Shown here: one piece after another, positions 1-10,036 of the stretch
Position numbering within the stretch: the first letter of the stretch is position 1
How the letters are laid out: every line of letters starts with the position of its first letter
Source of the DNA: Chloroflexota bacterium
GTDB lineage: Bacteria > Chloroflexota > UBA11872 > VXOZ01
DNA: 64,000 nucleotides
Direction of reading: 5' to 3'
Assembly: GCA_963663275.1 (NCBI GenBank)
Contig: OY760183.1
Span: 1,856,001 to 1,920,000 of the forward strand
Translations under genes and position numbers: made by a program
The notes under the pieces: generated by a model
Databases searched by the model: none
Told to the model about the DNA's origin: nothing
The model's input: the letters and a program-made list of their open reading frames with translations, nothing else

Positions 1-414
1 GTGCAAGTGGTGCTGGCCGACCACCATCACTGGGGCGGGATGCGAGCCTGCCTGGAACTGGCGAAGGTCTGCGAGGCGTTTCGTCTGGGCCTCTCCCAGC
101 ACAGCAACAGCCACACCGGGGTTTCGTTGGCCGCCATGACCCACTGGGCGGCCGCCGCGCCAAATCTCATCTACGCGTCGGACACACACTATCCGTGGAA
201 CGAAGAGGACGACATCGTGGCGGGCGCGCCCCTGCAATTCGTGGACGGCGCGTTGCCGGTGCCGGACGGGCCGGGACTGGGTGTGGAAGTGGATAATGAC
301 CGCTTGCAGGCGGCGCACGAGCGCTACCTGCAGAACAAAGCGGGGGGACGAGACGACGTTTCCGCCATGCAGGAGCGCGACCCGACCTGGCTGCCCATGC
401 GGCCCCGTTGGTAA
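1..414 (+). CDS. Glucarate dehydratase-like enolase superfamily protein, C-terminal part (5' truncated by window)
   Basis: DHHHWGG, SQHSNSH, ASDTHYPW and PDGPGLGVEVD motifs typical of the GlucD-related enolase C-terminal barrel. Confidence 0.8.
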   Translation: MQVVLADHHHWGGMRACLELAKVCEAFRLGLSQHSNSHTGVSLAAMTHWAAAAPNLIYASDTHYPWNEEDDIVAGAPLQFVDGALPVPDGPGLGVEVDNDRLQAAHERYLQNKAGGRDDVSAMQERDPTWLPMRPRW

Positions 415-442
415 GGCGCACACACAGAGGAGCAAGTGACAC

Positions 443-1468
443 ATGCCTGACGACAAGTTTCGCGTCTGCATCGTGGGCACCGGCGCGCGGGGCAATGCCC
501 ACGCCAAGGCGTGGACGGCATCCGGCGCGGCGGAGGTGGTCGCCGTGGTGGACGTGCTCGATGACCGCGCGCGGGAACTGGCGGCGGCGTACGACGCGCC
601 CCACGTCTTCAGCGACTACCGCGAGGCGGTGCGGCGGGACGACGTGGACGTGGTCTCCATCTGCACGCCGGCCTACTACCACGAGGAAGTGACAATCTTT
701 GCCGCCGAGCACGGCAAGCACATGCTGAGCGAGAAGCCGATTGCCATGCGGCTGGATCAGGCCGACCGCATGATCGACGTCTTGAACGAGACGGGCGTGG
801 TCTTCGTGATCAACTTCCAGAGCCGGTTTGGCGACGCGCCCGCGACGGTGCGGCAGTGCCTGCGCGAGCGGGCCCTGGGCGGGCCGGTCATGTTCCGCAT
901 GCACTCGGCCACCCACATCCGGCCAAAGCTGGCTATGCACGACATGGACCGCGGCAACGGCGGCCCGCTCAACGACTTCATGACCCATTACTTCGACTAC
1001 TGGCGCTGGCTGACGGGCACCGACCCGGCGCGGGTGAGCGCCCAGGGGTTTACGTTTGCCAAAGACCGGCCGGAAATCGCCCACTTTGCAAACAAAGCGC
1101 CGGATACGGCGACGGTGGCGCTGGAATACGGCAGCGGCGATCTGGCGGCGTTCAGCATCTCGTGGGGCCTGCCGCCGGGCGTGCAGCCGCCGGGGCGGAT
1201 TGACGACATCCTCGGCCCGCAAGGCGCGCTGGCGCCGAGCCGCCCCAGCACGGGCTTCAAGATCCTGCGCGAGGGCGGCGCGGTCGAGGAGTTTGGCCCA
1301 TATTCCGCCGATACCCAGTTGCTTATCACCCAGCACGCGATCCGGGCGATCCGCGGCGAGGAACCGGTGCAGACCAGCGCGGAAGACGCGCGCATCGCTC
1401 TGGCCGTGACCTGGGCGATCTATGAGTCGCTGGCGCAAAGCGGCAAAGCGGTGGATATTGTCTTGTAG
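443..1468 (+). CDS. Gfo/Idh/MocA family oxidoreductase
   Basis: N-terminal VGTGARG Rossmann motif, ICTP..H, SEKP, GG..D...HYFD; RBS gaggag upstream. Confidence 0.9.
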   Translation: MPDDKFRVCIVGTGARGNAHAKAWTASGAAEVVAVVDVLDDRARELAAAYDAPHVFSDYREAVRRDDVDVVSICTPAYYHEEVTIFAAEHGKHMLSEKPIAMRLDQADRMIDVLNETGVVFVINFQSRFGDAPATVRQCLRERALGGPVMFRMHSATHIRPKLAMHDMDRGNGGPLNDFMTHYFDYWRWLTGTDPARVSAQGFTFAKDRPEIAHFANKAPDTATVALEYGSGDLAAFSISWGLPPGVQPPGRIDDILGPQGALAPSRPSTGFKILREGGAVEEFGPYSADTQLLITQHAIRAIRGEEPVQTSAEDARIALAVTWAIYESLAQSGKAVDIVL

Positions 1469-1593
1469 CGCCTGCGGTCTGGCGTTCTTGGCTTAGCAAG
1501 TAGAAAGCGCGGCGTGTCCGTTGTTGCCGAGAAGAAAGGCCCGCCCGCAGCCGCCATTGCCATGTGAATGGCTGATTTTGGCGGTTTCGCTCC

Positions 1594-1823
1594 GGTAGCG
1601 TAGGTTTGCAACCTGCGCCGGTTGTAGTCATGCCAAGGCAAACGGAAATCCGGAGGCGGGGGACAAGCCCCCGCGCTACGTCAATGTGACACTATTGGGC
1701 TTGACCTCCGATCGGTGTAGCGCGGGGGCTTGTCCCCCGCCAGAACAGTAAGCGCGCGGAGTTCTTACAGCCGACGTCGCGCATTGAGCCTGCCACGGAC
1801 GCAGGTTACAAACCTACGCTACC
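1594..1823. repeat. Intergenic REP cluster: GGTAGCG(T/C)AGGTTTG(C/T)AACCTGCG family plus an inverted pair of GGCGGGGGACAAGCCCCCGCGCTAC (1655-1679 and 1717-1741)
   Basis: Palindromes read directly; the same units recur many times in the window. Confidence 0.85.
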
Positions 1824-1934
1824 GGAGTTGTAATGCACCGAGAAAGCCATCCCATGAAGATCGTCCGCATCCGCCGCCAATCCTCTCCCAGTGCGCGCCA
1901 ATCCGCGCAGCGCTATCACGAATGAAACAGACGC

Positions 1935-3164
1935 ATGGCCGCAACTGACAACGCCGCGCGGCGCTCGCCGCTCTCCGAGCACCGGTACCTCAAGCCGCTC
2001 ATCCTGTTCTTAACGATATTCTTCCTCAACGCCACCCTGGGCACGCCGGGCCGCTCGCTCTTTCCCGTCTACGTCGAAAAAGTGCTCGGCGGCTCGCCGA
2101 TTCTCACATCCACCCTCTTCTCGCTGCAGAACCTCATCCGCGTCGTCGTGCTTATTGGCAGCGGCTTGCTGGCGGACCGGGTGGGGGCGAAGTACATTCT
2201 CTTGTTGGGCATGACGGCGGTGAGCATCGGCGGGCTGATGTTCATGGTGTCCGACACGCGGCTACTCGTCTTCCTGTCGCTGCTGTACGGCGCGCTCTTC
2301 ACGCTGCGCACCACCTCGTCTCGCGCGTATCTCGCCCTGGTCGCGCCGTTGGGGAGCATGGGCCTGATGGGGGCGCTCTACTTTACCGGCCCGACCATCG
2401 GCAGCGCGCTGGGCAACGCGGCGGCGGGCCCAATCGCGGACAATTTCAGCTTCCGCGCGCTGGGCATCGGGATGCTGGTGGGCAACCTGCTGCTGGTGTT
2501 CTTCGGCATGCTCTTCCTGCCGCAGATTCGCCTGGAACAGGTGCAGGATTCGTCGGCGTGGGAGATGCTGCGCTCCTATCAGGACTTGTGGCGGCGGCCG
2601 CTCATCCTGCGCCTCATTGGCATCCGCTTCCTGCCGACCTGGTGGCTCGGCACGAGTTCGGTGCTGCTGCCCCTGCTCATCTTTCGCCTGACCGAATCGG
2701 TGACGGCGGTGGCCTTGTACGCCACGGTCAGCGCGTTGGTGACGGGGTCAACCGGACTTTTCGTCGGCTGGCTTTCCGATCGCATCGGCCGGGCCCTGCC
2801 GGTGATCGCGAGCAGTCTCACGCTCGCTATCGGGCCGCTGGGCTGCGCGGTGTTCGCGGATAACGCGCTGCTGCTGGCGGCGTCGGCGATCTTTACCAGC
2901 CTGGGAGGCCAGTGGCTCGCGTCGCTGATGCCGTCGCTCGTGCGCGCGTCCGGGGCGGGACACGAGCAAGGCCGCCTTACCGCCATCACCGAGGCGGCGT
3001 GGACGTTCGGCAACTTGGGCGGCACCATGGCCGCGGGGGTTTTGATCGGCCTGGCCGCGCCGATTCCGTTCGTGCTGGCCGGCGCGCTCAACCTTGGCAC
3101 TGTGCTGTTGGCATTGCAGGCCGCGCGCATCCTGCGGGGGTCTGACCTCCCAACCACGCCGTAG
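1935..3164 (+). CDS. MFS transporter
   Basis: About 12 hydrophobic segments; MFS motif A twice (GLLADRVGAK, GWLSDRIGR). Confidence 0.9.
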   Translation: MAATDNAARRSPLSEHRYLKPLILFLTIFFLNATLGTPGRSLFPVYVEKVLGGSPILTSTLFSLQNLIRVVVLIGSGLLADRVGAKYILLLGMTAVSIGGLMFMVSDTRLLVFLSLLYGALFTLRTTSSRAYLALVAPLGSMGLMGALYFTGPTIGSALGNAAAGPIADNFSFRALGIGMLVGNLLLVFFGMLFLPQIRLEQVQDSSAWEMLRSYQDLWRRPLILRLIGIRFLPTWWLGTSSVLLPLLIFRLTESVTAVALYATVSALVTGSTGLFVGWLSDRIGRALPVIASSLTLAIGPLGCAVFADNALLLAASAIFTSLGGQWLASLMPSLVRASGAGHEQGRLTAITEAAWTFGNLGGTMAAGVLIGLAAPIPFVLAGALNLGTVLLALQAARILRGSDLPTTP

Positions 3165-3183
3165 GAAGTCCGCTCGTTGGGCT

Positions 3184-4506
3184 TCAGCAGCCAGGAAACT
3201 GCGTCAGGCGGGGCGCCGGCTTGTTCGGCCACTCTTCCAGCGTAACGGTGACGGTCTCGTTGTACTTGCGCTCTCTGTAGACTCGCAGATCAACGGTGTC
3301 GCCGGGCCGCTTGTGGGTGTCGATGTACGCGCTCAGGCCGTCCAGGTTCCTGACGGTGACGTCGTCGATGCTGACGATGATGTCGCCGTCCACCCCGGTG
3401 TTGAACGTCTCTTGATTGAGTTCCGAGCCGGGCAAGATGCCGAAGACGATGACGCCGTACTCTACCGGCAGATTGCACTGGGCGGCGAGTTGCGGCGTGA
3501 TGCTGGCGCCGTGAATCGGCAGCCAGGCGTGCGTGGGCGTTCTGCCCGCCAGCAGGTCGGGCAGGATGCGCTTGATGCGGTCGATGGGGAGGGCTAAGCC
3601 GATGCCGGCGAAGTTCTGCGACTGGATTGCCGTATTGATGCCTACCACCACACCGCTTTTCACGTCGATGAGCGGCCCGCCGGAACTGCCGCGGTTTATG
3701 GCCGCGTCGCTCTGGATCATGCCGGTTATCGTCCGGCCGGAGAAGGCGTAGGGACGCTCCAAGCCGGAGACGTGCCCTTGGGTCATGGAGTTTCCGTAGA
3801 CGAAGTACTGGCTGCCGATGGCGATAACCTGGTCGCCTACCTTGACGGCGGCGGAGGAACCCAGCGGGGCAACGACCAGCTTGGTCGCCGGGATGTTGGC
3901 CTTGAGCAGCGCCACGTCGGAGCCGGGGTCGGTGCCGACCACTCGCGCCGTCAGCGGCGTGCCGTCATCGAGCGTGACGTACAAACCCTTCGCATCCTTG
4001 ATGACGTGGTAGTTCGTCAGGACGTGGCCGTCCTCATCGATGACGAAACCGGAACCGGCCTCGCCGTAGGGCTGGCCGATGCCAACGTTGTCGGACCCGG
4101 TTGTAATGCGCACCACGCTGCCCACGAGCCGCTCGTATACGACCGCTATCAGATTCTGCGTTTCTGCCGCGACGACCGGCGCGGGGGTCGGCGCGGGCAC
4201 GGCGGTAGGCACCGCTGTAGGCACGGGGGTGGGCGCGACGGTGGGTATCGCCGTGGGCGCGGGCGTGGGCGCGGCGGTGGGCAGCGGGACTACGGGTTGC
4301 CGTTCGCCCGCTACGGCAGCGCTCGGCGCGCCGCTGCCGGCCTCGGCGGCGTCCGGACTATCCAAGAGCCGCATGACGCCAATTACGGTGAGCGTCGTGC
4401 CCGCGGCCACGACCAGCAGCAGCGCGGCGATTGCTCCCGGCACCATGAGGCGGCTTCGCCACGTCCGCTTGCCCTCCAGCAGCGGGTCGTAGGGCCTATA
4501 GCCCAC
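3184..4506 (-). CDS. HtrA/DegP-like trypsin serine protease with N-terminal TM, PTA-rich linker and one PDZ domain
   Basis: GSGFVI, LTNYHVI, SDVALL, DAAINRGSSGGPL triad motifs; start re-called to GTG 4506 with GGAGG RBS, overlapping the upstream stop. Confidence 0.9.
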   Translation of the reverse strand: MGYRPYDPLLEGKRTWRSRLMVPGAIAALLLVVAAGTTLTVIGVMRLLDSPDAAEAGSGAPSAAVAGERQPVVPLPTAAPTPAPTAIPTVAPTPVPTAVPTAVPAPTPAPVVAAETQNLIAVVYERLVGSVVRITTGSDNVGIGQPYGEAGSGFVIDEDGHVLTNYHVIKDAKGLYVTLDDGTPLTARVVGTDPGSDVALLKANIPATKLVVAPLGSSAAVKVGDQVIAIGSQYFVYGNSMTQGHVSGLERPYAFSGRTITGMIQSDAAINRGSSGGPLIDVKSGVVVGINTAIQSQNFAGIGLALPIDRIKRILPDLLAGRTPTHAWLPIHGASITPQLAAQCNLPVEYGVIVFGILPGSELNQETFNTGVDGDIIVSIDDVTVRNLDGLSAYIDTHKRPGDTVDLRVYRERKYNETVTVTLEEWPNKPAPRLTQFPGC

Positions 4507-5992
4507 CGTTGCCCTCCAGCGGCAAACGGGCAATGAACGTGATTCCATCGCCCGGCGTGCTCTCAACCGCGATCGTGCCGCCGTGTCGCACGATCACGTC
4601 GTGGGCGAACGGCAGGCCCGGCCGGTGGTCGTTGGCGGCGTCCCCGGCGGGCTGGGAGTGGGAGAAGACGCGCGGGAGGTCGTCCGGCGGGATGCCCGCG
4701 CCGGGAGCGGTGACGGTAATCGTCGCGGCCGGCGTGTCGCAGTGCAGGTGTACGGTAACGACGCCGCCTGCCGCGGCTTGGGCGCAGGCATGGTCTACCA
4801 GCGCGGCCAGGGCGTGGCGCAGGCTGCGGGGTTCGCCGCGCACCACCGGCTCGCAATTCGATTGAAACGCTATCGGCACGGACTCTTCCACCGGAGAGCC
4901 CCCGGCGCGGCAGATTTGCGCGAGCAACGGGGAGAGCGATACGGCGGCGTGGCCCACGGCAGGCTCTTCCTGCGCGCCGGCTGCCCGCGGCAGGCGTTCG
5001 AGCCACCGTTCGAGCGCGGCCGTCTGCGCTTCCAGCCACGCCACCACGTCATCGTAGGCCTCGGTCCAGCGGCGCGGATCCGTGCGCAAGAAGCCGTGCA
5101 GGGCGTCGCGCTGCTCCGGTGCGAGCTTGCGCGCGCGGGCGCGGTCCGGCCGCAGTTCCGTACGGAGGAATTCGTTCAGACTGCGCTGCTGGACGACCAA
5201 CTTGCTCAGTTGTTGCTGGACGTGGGCGGCCCACTGCTGCCGCTGAGCGCCGGCGTCACCCGCGGCCGCCTCCGCGTGGGAGACGCGATCGAGCAGCCGG
5301 TTGAGACTTTGCGCCAGCCAATGCGGCTCCTGGAGGTGTCCCGGCAGCGCCAGGCGCTCGTCGTCCGCGCCAAACGCCCGGATGCGGGCCGTGGCGCTGG
5401 CCACGTCCTCGATCGGCTTGGCCGCGACGTGGGCGACCAACAGGCCGACGCCCACGGCCAGCAACAGGCTGACGCCGGTTCCGGCAACCAGCACCAGACG
5501 GAGACGCCCAAGGGTTTGCTCCACCGGTGCCAGCGGACGGGCTACCTGCAAGACGCCGTGGGCGTGGGCGGGCAAGAGCAGCGGCAAGGTATAGACGCGG
5601 AAGCGCGCGCCGCCGTGCGCCACGGTTTCATAGGTGAGGGTCTGCGGCCGCGCGCCGGTCGTGCCATAGGCGCTGCCGTGAAGCGGCTCGATGACGCTGC
5701 CAGCCGACTGCGCCAGCACCCGGCCGTCGGGGGCGACGAGCCGGAAGACCGCGCCGGAAGGCGCGACGGCTTCGAAGGGCGCGGCGGCCACCGGCGAGGC
5801 GGCGTTATTCAGCGGGGAATCCGCGGCGGTGAGAAAGTACTCGCTTAGCTGCCGGCTCTCCGCGGCCAGGTCCTGATCGAGTTGCGCGCGCAGGCTGTAG
5901 GCGAGCGCGCCGTAGGCGGCCGCGCTCATAGCGCAAAGAATCGCGGCAAGCAGTCCGGTTGTCACCACCGCCACGTAGAGCCGCGTGGACAT
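4496..5992 (-). CDS. Membrane sensor histidine kinase-like protein (TM-sensor-TM-HAMP-HisKA-HATPase) with degenerate catalytic boxes
   Basis: Architecture and C-terminal HGGTIAVESTPGDGITF are typical; H/N/G1/G2 boxes are altered; start at MSTRLY (5992) with GAGGAG RBS. Confidence 0.75.
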   Translation of the reverse strand: MSTRLYVAVVTTGLLAAILCAMSAAAYGALAYSLRAQLDQDLAAESRQLSEYFLTAADSPLNNAASPVAAAPFEAVAPSGAVFRLVAPDGRVLAQSAGSVIEPLHGSAYGTTGARPQTLTYETVAHGGARFRVYTLPLLLPAHAHGVLQVARPLAPVEQTLGRLRLVLVAGTGVSLLLAVGVGLLVAHVAAKPIEDVASATARIRAFGADDERLALPGHLQEPHWLAQSLNRLLDRVSHAEAAAGDAGAQRQQWAAHVQQQLSKLVVQQRSLNEFLRTELRPDRARARKLAPEQRDALHGFLRTDPRRWTEAYDDVVAWLEAQTAALERWLERLPRAAGAQEEPAVGHAAVSLSPLLAQICRAGGSPVEESVPIAFQSNCEPVVRGEPRSLRHALAALVDHACAQAAAGGVVTVHLHCDTPAATITVTAPGAGIPPDDLPRVFSHSQPAGDAANDHRPGLPFAHDVIVRHGGTIAVESTPGDGITFIARLPLEGNGGL

Positions 5993-6209
5993 GTCACGCT
6001 CTCCTCGACGTTCGCTCCCGGCGCGCCGCCCCGCGCCGCCTAGCTTAAAGCTACCACAGTGGTGTGCGACTGGTAAGTAGGGCGCAGCGACTCGTGTGTT
6101 CCACGACCGTTGTAGCGGGGGCAAGCGCGGGGATTGCGCGGTGGCGGCCATGCTAGAATAAGGCAACCCTGTAATCTCGTATTGATACGCGCCTGGGATT
6201 CACGCCCGC

Positions 6210-8177
6210 ATGTCTTCCGCCGAACCGCCGCTCGCGCCGTCACTTGAACCGGATAGCGCCGCCATTGCCGACGCCTACGGCCCGCGCGGGTTGCTGGCGG
6301 AGGCCGGCTGGGAGCACCGCCCAGGACAGCAGGAGATGGCGGTGGCCGTCTGGCAGGCGCTGACGGCAGGCCGTCACTTGGTGGTGGAAGCGGGCACCGG
6401 CGTGGGGAAGAGCCTCGCCTACCTCATTCCGGCCGTCCTGGCGCGGCGCGCCGACCCGAAGCGCGGGCCGATCATCATTTCAACGGCCACCAAGGTGCTG
6501 CAAGACCAACTCTTCTCCAAAGACGTGCCGGCCGTGCAGGAGTTGCTGGCGCCGTTCGGCATCGAGTTCACCGCCATTGTCGCCAAGGGACTGGGGAATT
6601 ACGCCTGCAAACTCAAGCTGGATGAGGCGACCGGCAGCCTGATTGCGCCGGAAGGCCTGGCGGGTCTGGTGGAGTGGCTGGGAGAGACGACCACCGGCGA
6701 CGTGGACGAACTGCGCTTTGGGCTGACGCCGGAACTGCGCGAGCGCGCGGTCGCTTCCGACACCGATTGCATTGCGATGCGGTGCCGCTACTATCACGAC
6801 CGCTCGTGCTGGTACTACGCCATGCGCGAGCAATTGAGCCGGGCGGACGTGGTCATCTGCAACCACGCGCTGCTCTGCCTGAGCACGCTCGCCGGTATTC
6901 TGCCGCAGCACGCTTTTCTCATCATCGATGAGGCGCATCAACTGGAGAACTTTGCCTACGCGGCCTACACGGATACGCTGACGCCGCGCAGCCTCACCCG
7001 CCTCATCCCGGATGAATCCGGTCTGGAAGGCGTGCGTGATGAACTCCAACGGGGCGTGGCGGCGTGCTGGGAGCAGTTTACGGCCTTGCTCATGAACCGG
7101 GGACGGGGCGATTGGGGCAGCCGCCAGGTAGCGGTACCGGAGACGATGACGTTCGACGGCGGGCCGGTGACGCGCGCGCTCAATCGCTACTACCGGATGC
7201 TCACGGAGCGTCTGCCCCAGATGCCGAGCGAGGAGGAAGAGGCGAAACTGGAGAAGCGCATCGAGCAGGTGGAAAACGCGGTCAACCGGGTGGAACGATT
7301 TTGCGCGCCGACGCTGCGCGGCTCATTGCGCTACGTGGACGAGGGGCGCGGCGGCGTCAATCTGCACTACACTCCCATCGACGTTGCGGAGCACCTGGCG
7401 GCGCTCGCCGAGCGGACGGAGTCCACGGTGTACACGTCGGCGACGCTGGCGGTGGGCGGCCGCATGGATTTCTTTGCGGCGCGGGTGGGGGCCCACGACT
7501 ATCAGGAACGCATCTGCGCCAGCCCCTTCGTCTTTCAGGAGCAGGCGCTCATCTGGGCGCCGCGGCCGCGGGACCTGCCCGCGCCGCCGTCCCGCTGGGA
7601 AGGCGACGCGGCCCACGCCTACCTGGCGGCCTTGGTAGACCGCCTGGAACGCTTGGTGCTGGCTTCGCAGGGGCGCGCGTTCCTGCTCTTCACCAGCTAT
7701 CGGGCGCTGGAGCACTGCTACCGGGAGCTGACGCGGCGCGTGGGGGAACAACTGCTCTGCCTGCGCCAGGGCGAGATGCCGCGCCGGGAGTTGCTGCGGG
7801 TCTTCATGGAGGACGGACACGCGGTGCTCTGCGCCACCAAGTCGTTCTGGCAAGGGGTGGACGTGCCGGGCGAGGCGCTCTCCCTGGTGGTGATCGACCG
7901 GCTGCCGTTTGCCGCGCCTTCGCCCTTGTCCCAGGCGCGGCTGGACGCGGTGACCGAGGCGGGGGGCAACTGGTTCCGCGACCTGATGCTGCCGGAAGCG
8001 GTCATCGACCTGAAACAGGGCTTTGGCCGCCTGATTCGCGGCCCGGAGGATAGCGGCGTGATGGCGCTGCTGGATGCGCGCATCCACACGAAGTTCTACG
8101 GGCGCATGATCCTCAATTCGCTGCCGCCGGCCCGCCGCGCGCGGGACTTCACCGACGTGGAGCGGTTCTTCCGGTAG
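6210..8177 (+). CDS. dinG: DinG/YoaA family ATP-dependent Fe-S DNA helicase
   Basis: RPGQQEM Q motif, EAGTGVGKS, DEAH, SATL, LFTSY, WQGVDVPG, QGFGRLIR; Fe-S cysteines. Confidence 0.9.
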   Translation: MSSAEPPLAPSLEPDSAAIADAYGPRGLLAEAGWEHRPGQQEMAVAVWQALTAGRHLVVEAGTGVGKSLAYLIPAVLARRADPKRGPIIISTATKVLQDQLFSKDVPAVQELLAPFGIEFTAIVAKGLGNYACKLKLDEATGSLIAPEGLAGLVEWLGETTTGDVDELRFGLTPELRERAVASDTDCIAMRCRYYHDRSCWYYAMREQLSRADVVICNHALLCLSTLAGILPQHAFLIIDEAHQLENFAYAAYTDTLTPRSLTRLIPDESGLEGVRDELQRGVAACWEQFTALLMNRGRGDWGSRQVAVPETMTFDGGPVTRALNRYYRMLTERLPQMPSEEEEAKLEKRIEQVENAVNRVERFCAPTLRGSLRYVDEGRGGVNLHYTPIDVAEHLAALAERTESTVYTSATLAVGGRMDFFAARVGAHDYQERICASPFVFQEQALIWAPRPRDLPAPPSRWEGDAAHAYLAALVDRLERLVLASQGRAFLLFTSYRALEHCYRELTRRVGEQLLCLRQGEMPRRELLRVFMEDGHAVLCATKSFWQGVDVPGEALSLVVIDRLPFAAPSPLSQARLDAVTEAGGNWFRDLMLPEAVIDLKQGFGRLIRGPEDSGVMALLDARIHTKFYGRMILNSLPPARRARDFTDVERFFR

Positions 8178-8211
8178 CGCGGGTGTGCATCCCGCGTCCC
8201 ATCGTCAGGCC

Positions 8212-8481
8212 GGTAGCGCAGGTTTGTAACCTGCGTCCCCATCGGTCACCGGTAGCGCAGGTTTGTAACCTGCGTGCGCCCGGTGCGGGCAGCGTCTCTT
8301 GCGCGTACACCGTTCCAACCCTGTTACCAACGTAGGGGCGGTTCGCGAACCGCCCCTACACGCCGATGGAATCGTCCCTACGCACGGATGGAACCGCCCC
8401 CGCGCACGGATGGAACCGCCCCTACACGCCGATGGAACGGCCCCCGACGGAGGCCTGGATTCCCGCGTGCGCGGGAATGAC
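8212..8481. repeat. REP cluster: two GGTAGCGCAGGTTTGTAACCTGCG, GTAGGGGCGGTTCGCGAACCGCCCCTAC (8332-8359) followed by about 4.5 tandem 22-bp units, and GGATTCCCGCGTGCGCGGGAATGAC
   Basis: Read directly between the convergent dinG and prsA genes. Confidence 0.85.
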
Positions 8482-8496
8482 GGGCCGGAACGAATG

Positions 8497-9867
8497 CTAT
8501 TGCTGTAACGGGCCTTGCGGCATGTGGCGCTGCGCCCAGGTGACGATTTCCTGCGTAAGCAGCCGTTCCACGCCCAGGGTCTCCTTGCGGTCGGCGAGCA
8601 GTTTGCTGAACGCCCGCAGTTGCAGTTGGTTCAGGATGTGGTCTTCCAGCGGGAGGTCCTCGGCCTTTTCCAGCACCTCGATGATGTGGAAGCCGAAGGG
8701 CGTCTGCACCGGGTCGCTGATCTGCCCCGGTTCCATGGCAAAGGCCGCCTGTTCGAACGCGGGCGTCATGACGCCTTGGGGGAACCAGCCCAAGTCGCCG
8801 CCGATTTCCTTCGTGCCGGTGTCCAGGGACATCTCGGCGGCCAGTTCGGCGAAGTCCTCGCCGGCGTCCAGGCGTTCTTTAGCCAGCGCGGCGTCCTCCT
8901 GGGTCGTGACCAGAATGTGGCGGGCGTTGACTTGCGCCTGGCTGGCGGGCACGCCGGCAATCGTCGCCTGTTCCAGGCGCTGCCGCCACCAGGCGTCCTG
9001 CACGCGCCGGTCGAATGTCTCACGCGACATGCCGGTGCCGGCAAGGTAGGCTTCCACCCGTTGTTCCAGCGCCGGCGTGGGCGTGGGGACGAGCGGCGTG
9101 GGCGTAGTCGGCGGCGCGGTCGGTTCCGGCGTGGGTGTGGGAGCAATCGCCGTGGCCGTTGCCGCGGCGTTCAGCTCGGCGCGGAGCAGCAACTGGTCGG
9201 ATTGGGTAATCTCAGCTTCTCCGGGCACGGCCGTGGGCTCGGGCAGCGGCGGCGGAATGAGCGACTCGATACTGATGCGCAACCGCTCCTCGCCGAATTC
9301 GTCCAGATAGGCGGCGGTGGCTTCCTCGCGCTCGGCGTCCGTAAACGTCCAGCCCAGCACGGCGGCTTCCTGGCGCACGATGAAGGACTCGATCATCTGT
9401 TCCAAGACGAAGCTGGGCAGGAACTGCAATTGCTGTTCCTGCTGTTGCAACAACCGGCTGGCGCCGCTGCTCAACGCGGTGGCGTCGGCGCCCTCTTCGC
9501 TGACGAGCTTGGGAAGGAGCTCTTGCACCTGCCGCGTCAGGTAGAAGCGGTGGGAGATGTCCGTGCCTAGGGCCTCGGCGTAGGCGGAGGCGTCGAGGCT
9601 CGTCGAGCCGATTCGCGCTACCGTGGCGCGGGCCTGGAAGACGTATTCGTTGAGATAGGCGTAGAGCAGAATGAGGGCGATGAGGCCAACGACGAAGCCG
9701 GCGCCCGCCAGCACGGCCCGGCGCTTGAGGCTGTCTTTCTCGCGCCGGGAGAGATGCGCGCCCCAGCCGAATATCAGCGGCTCGCCCTCTTCCGCCGGGT
9801 GCTCCAGGGGACGGGCGATGATGCGTTGTGCGCGCCGGCGGGTTTGGCCGGACTTTCTGCGTGGCAT
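8497..9867 (-). CDS. PrsA/PpiC-type (parvulin) peptidyl-prolyl isomerase, membrane anchored
   Basis: ARHILV, FAELAAEMSLD, GGDLGWF, FEQAAF, PVQTPFGFHII; N-terminal TM. Confidence 0.9.
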   Translation of the reverse strand: MPRRKSGQTRRRAQRIIARPLEHPAEEGEPLIFGWGAHLSRREKDSLKRRAVLAGAGFVVGLIALILLYAYLNEYVFQARATVARIGSTSLDASAYAEALGTDISHRFYLTRQVQELLPKLVSEEGADATALSSGASRLLQQQEQQLQFLPSFVLEQMIESFIVRQEAAVLGWTFTDAEREEATAAYLDEFGEERLRISIESLIPPPLPEPTAVPGEAEITQSDQLLLRAELNAAATATAIAPTPTPEPTAPPTTPTPLVPTPTPALEQRVEAYLAGTGMSRETFDRRVQDAWWRQRLEQATIAGVPASQAQVNARHILVTTQEDAALAKERLDAGEDFAELAAEMSLDTGTKEIGGDLGWFPQGVMTPAFEQAAFAMEPGQISDPVQTPFGFHIIEVLEKAEDLPLEDHILNQLQLRAFSKLLADRKETLGVERLLTQEIVTWAQRHMPQGPLQQ

Positions 9868-10036
9868 GGCAAGACCTTAACGTTGGCGATGCGTACGGGA
9901 GACGGAGCGGATGACACGGATTGCGCGCCGGGGTAGACGCCGGTTCGAGGCCGCAGGCCTCCAAGCCGCGCGCTTCACTCCAAGCAAGACGCGCGGCGAC
10001 ATGGCTTACGGCGCCGGCTCCGCGGCGCGGGCCGCT

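Noticed and set aside
4160-4290. PTA/PTP tandem repeats in HtrA (and PrsA at 9070-9260) as mobile DNA
   Set aside because: Ordinary Pro/Thr-rich linkers of exported proteins, unrelated to the REP sequences.
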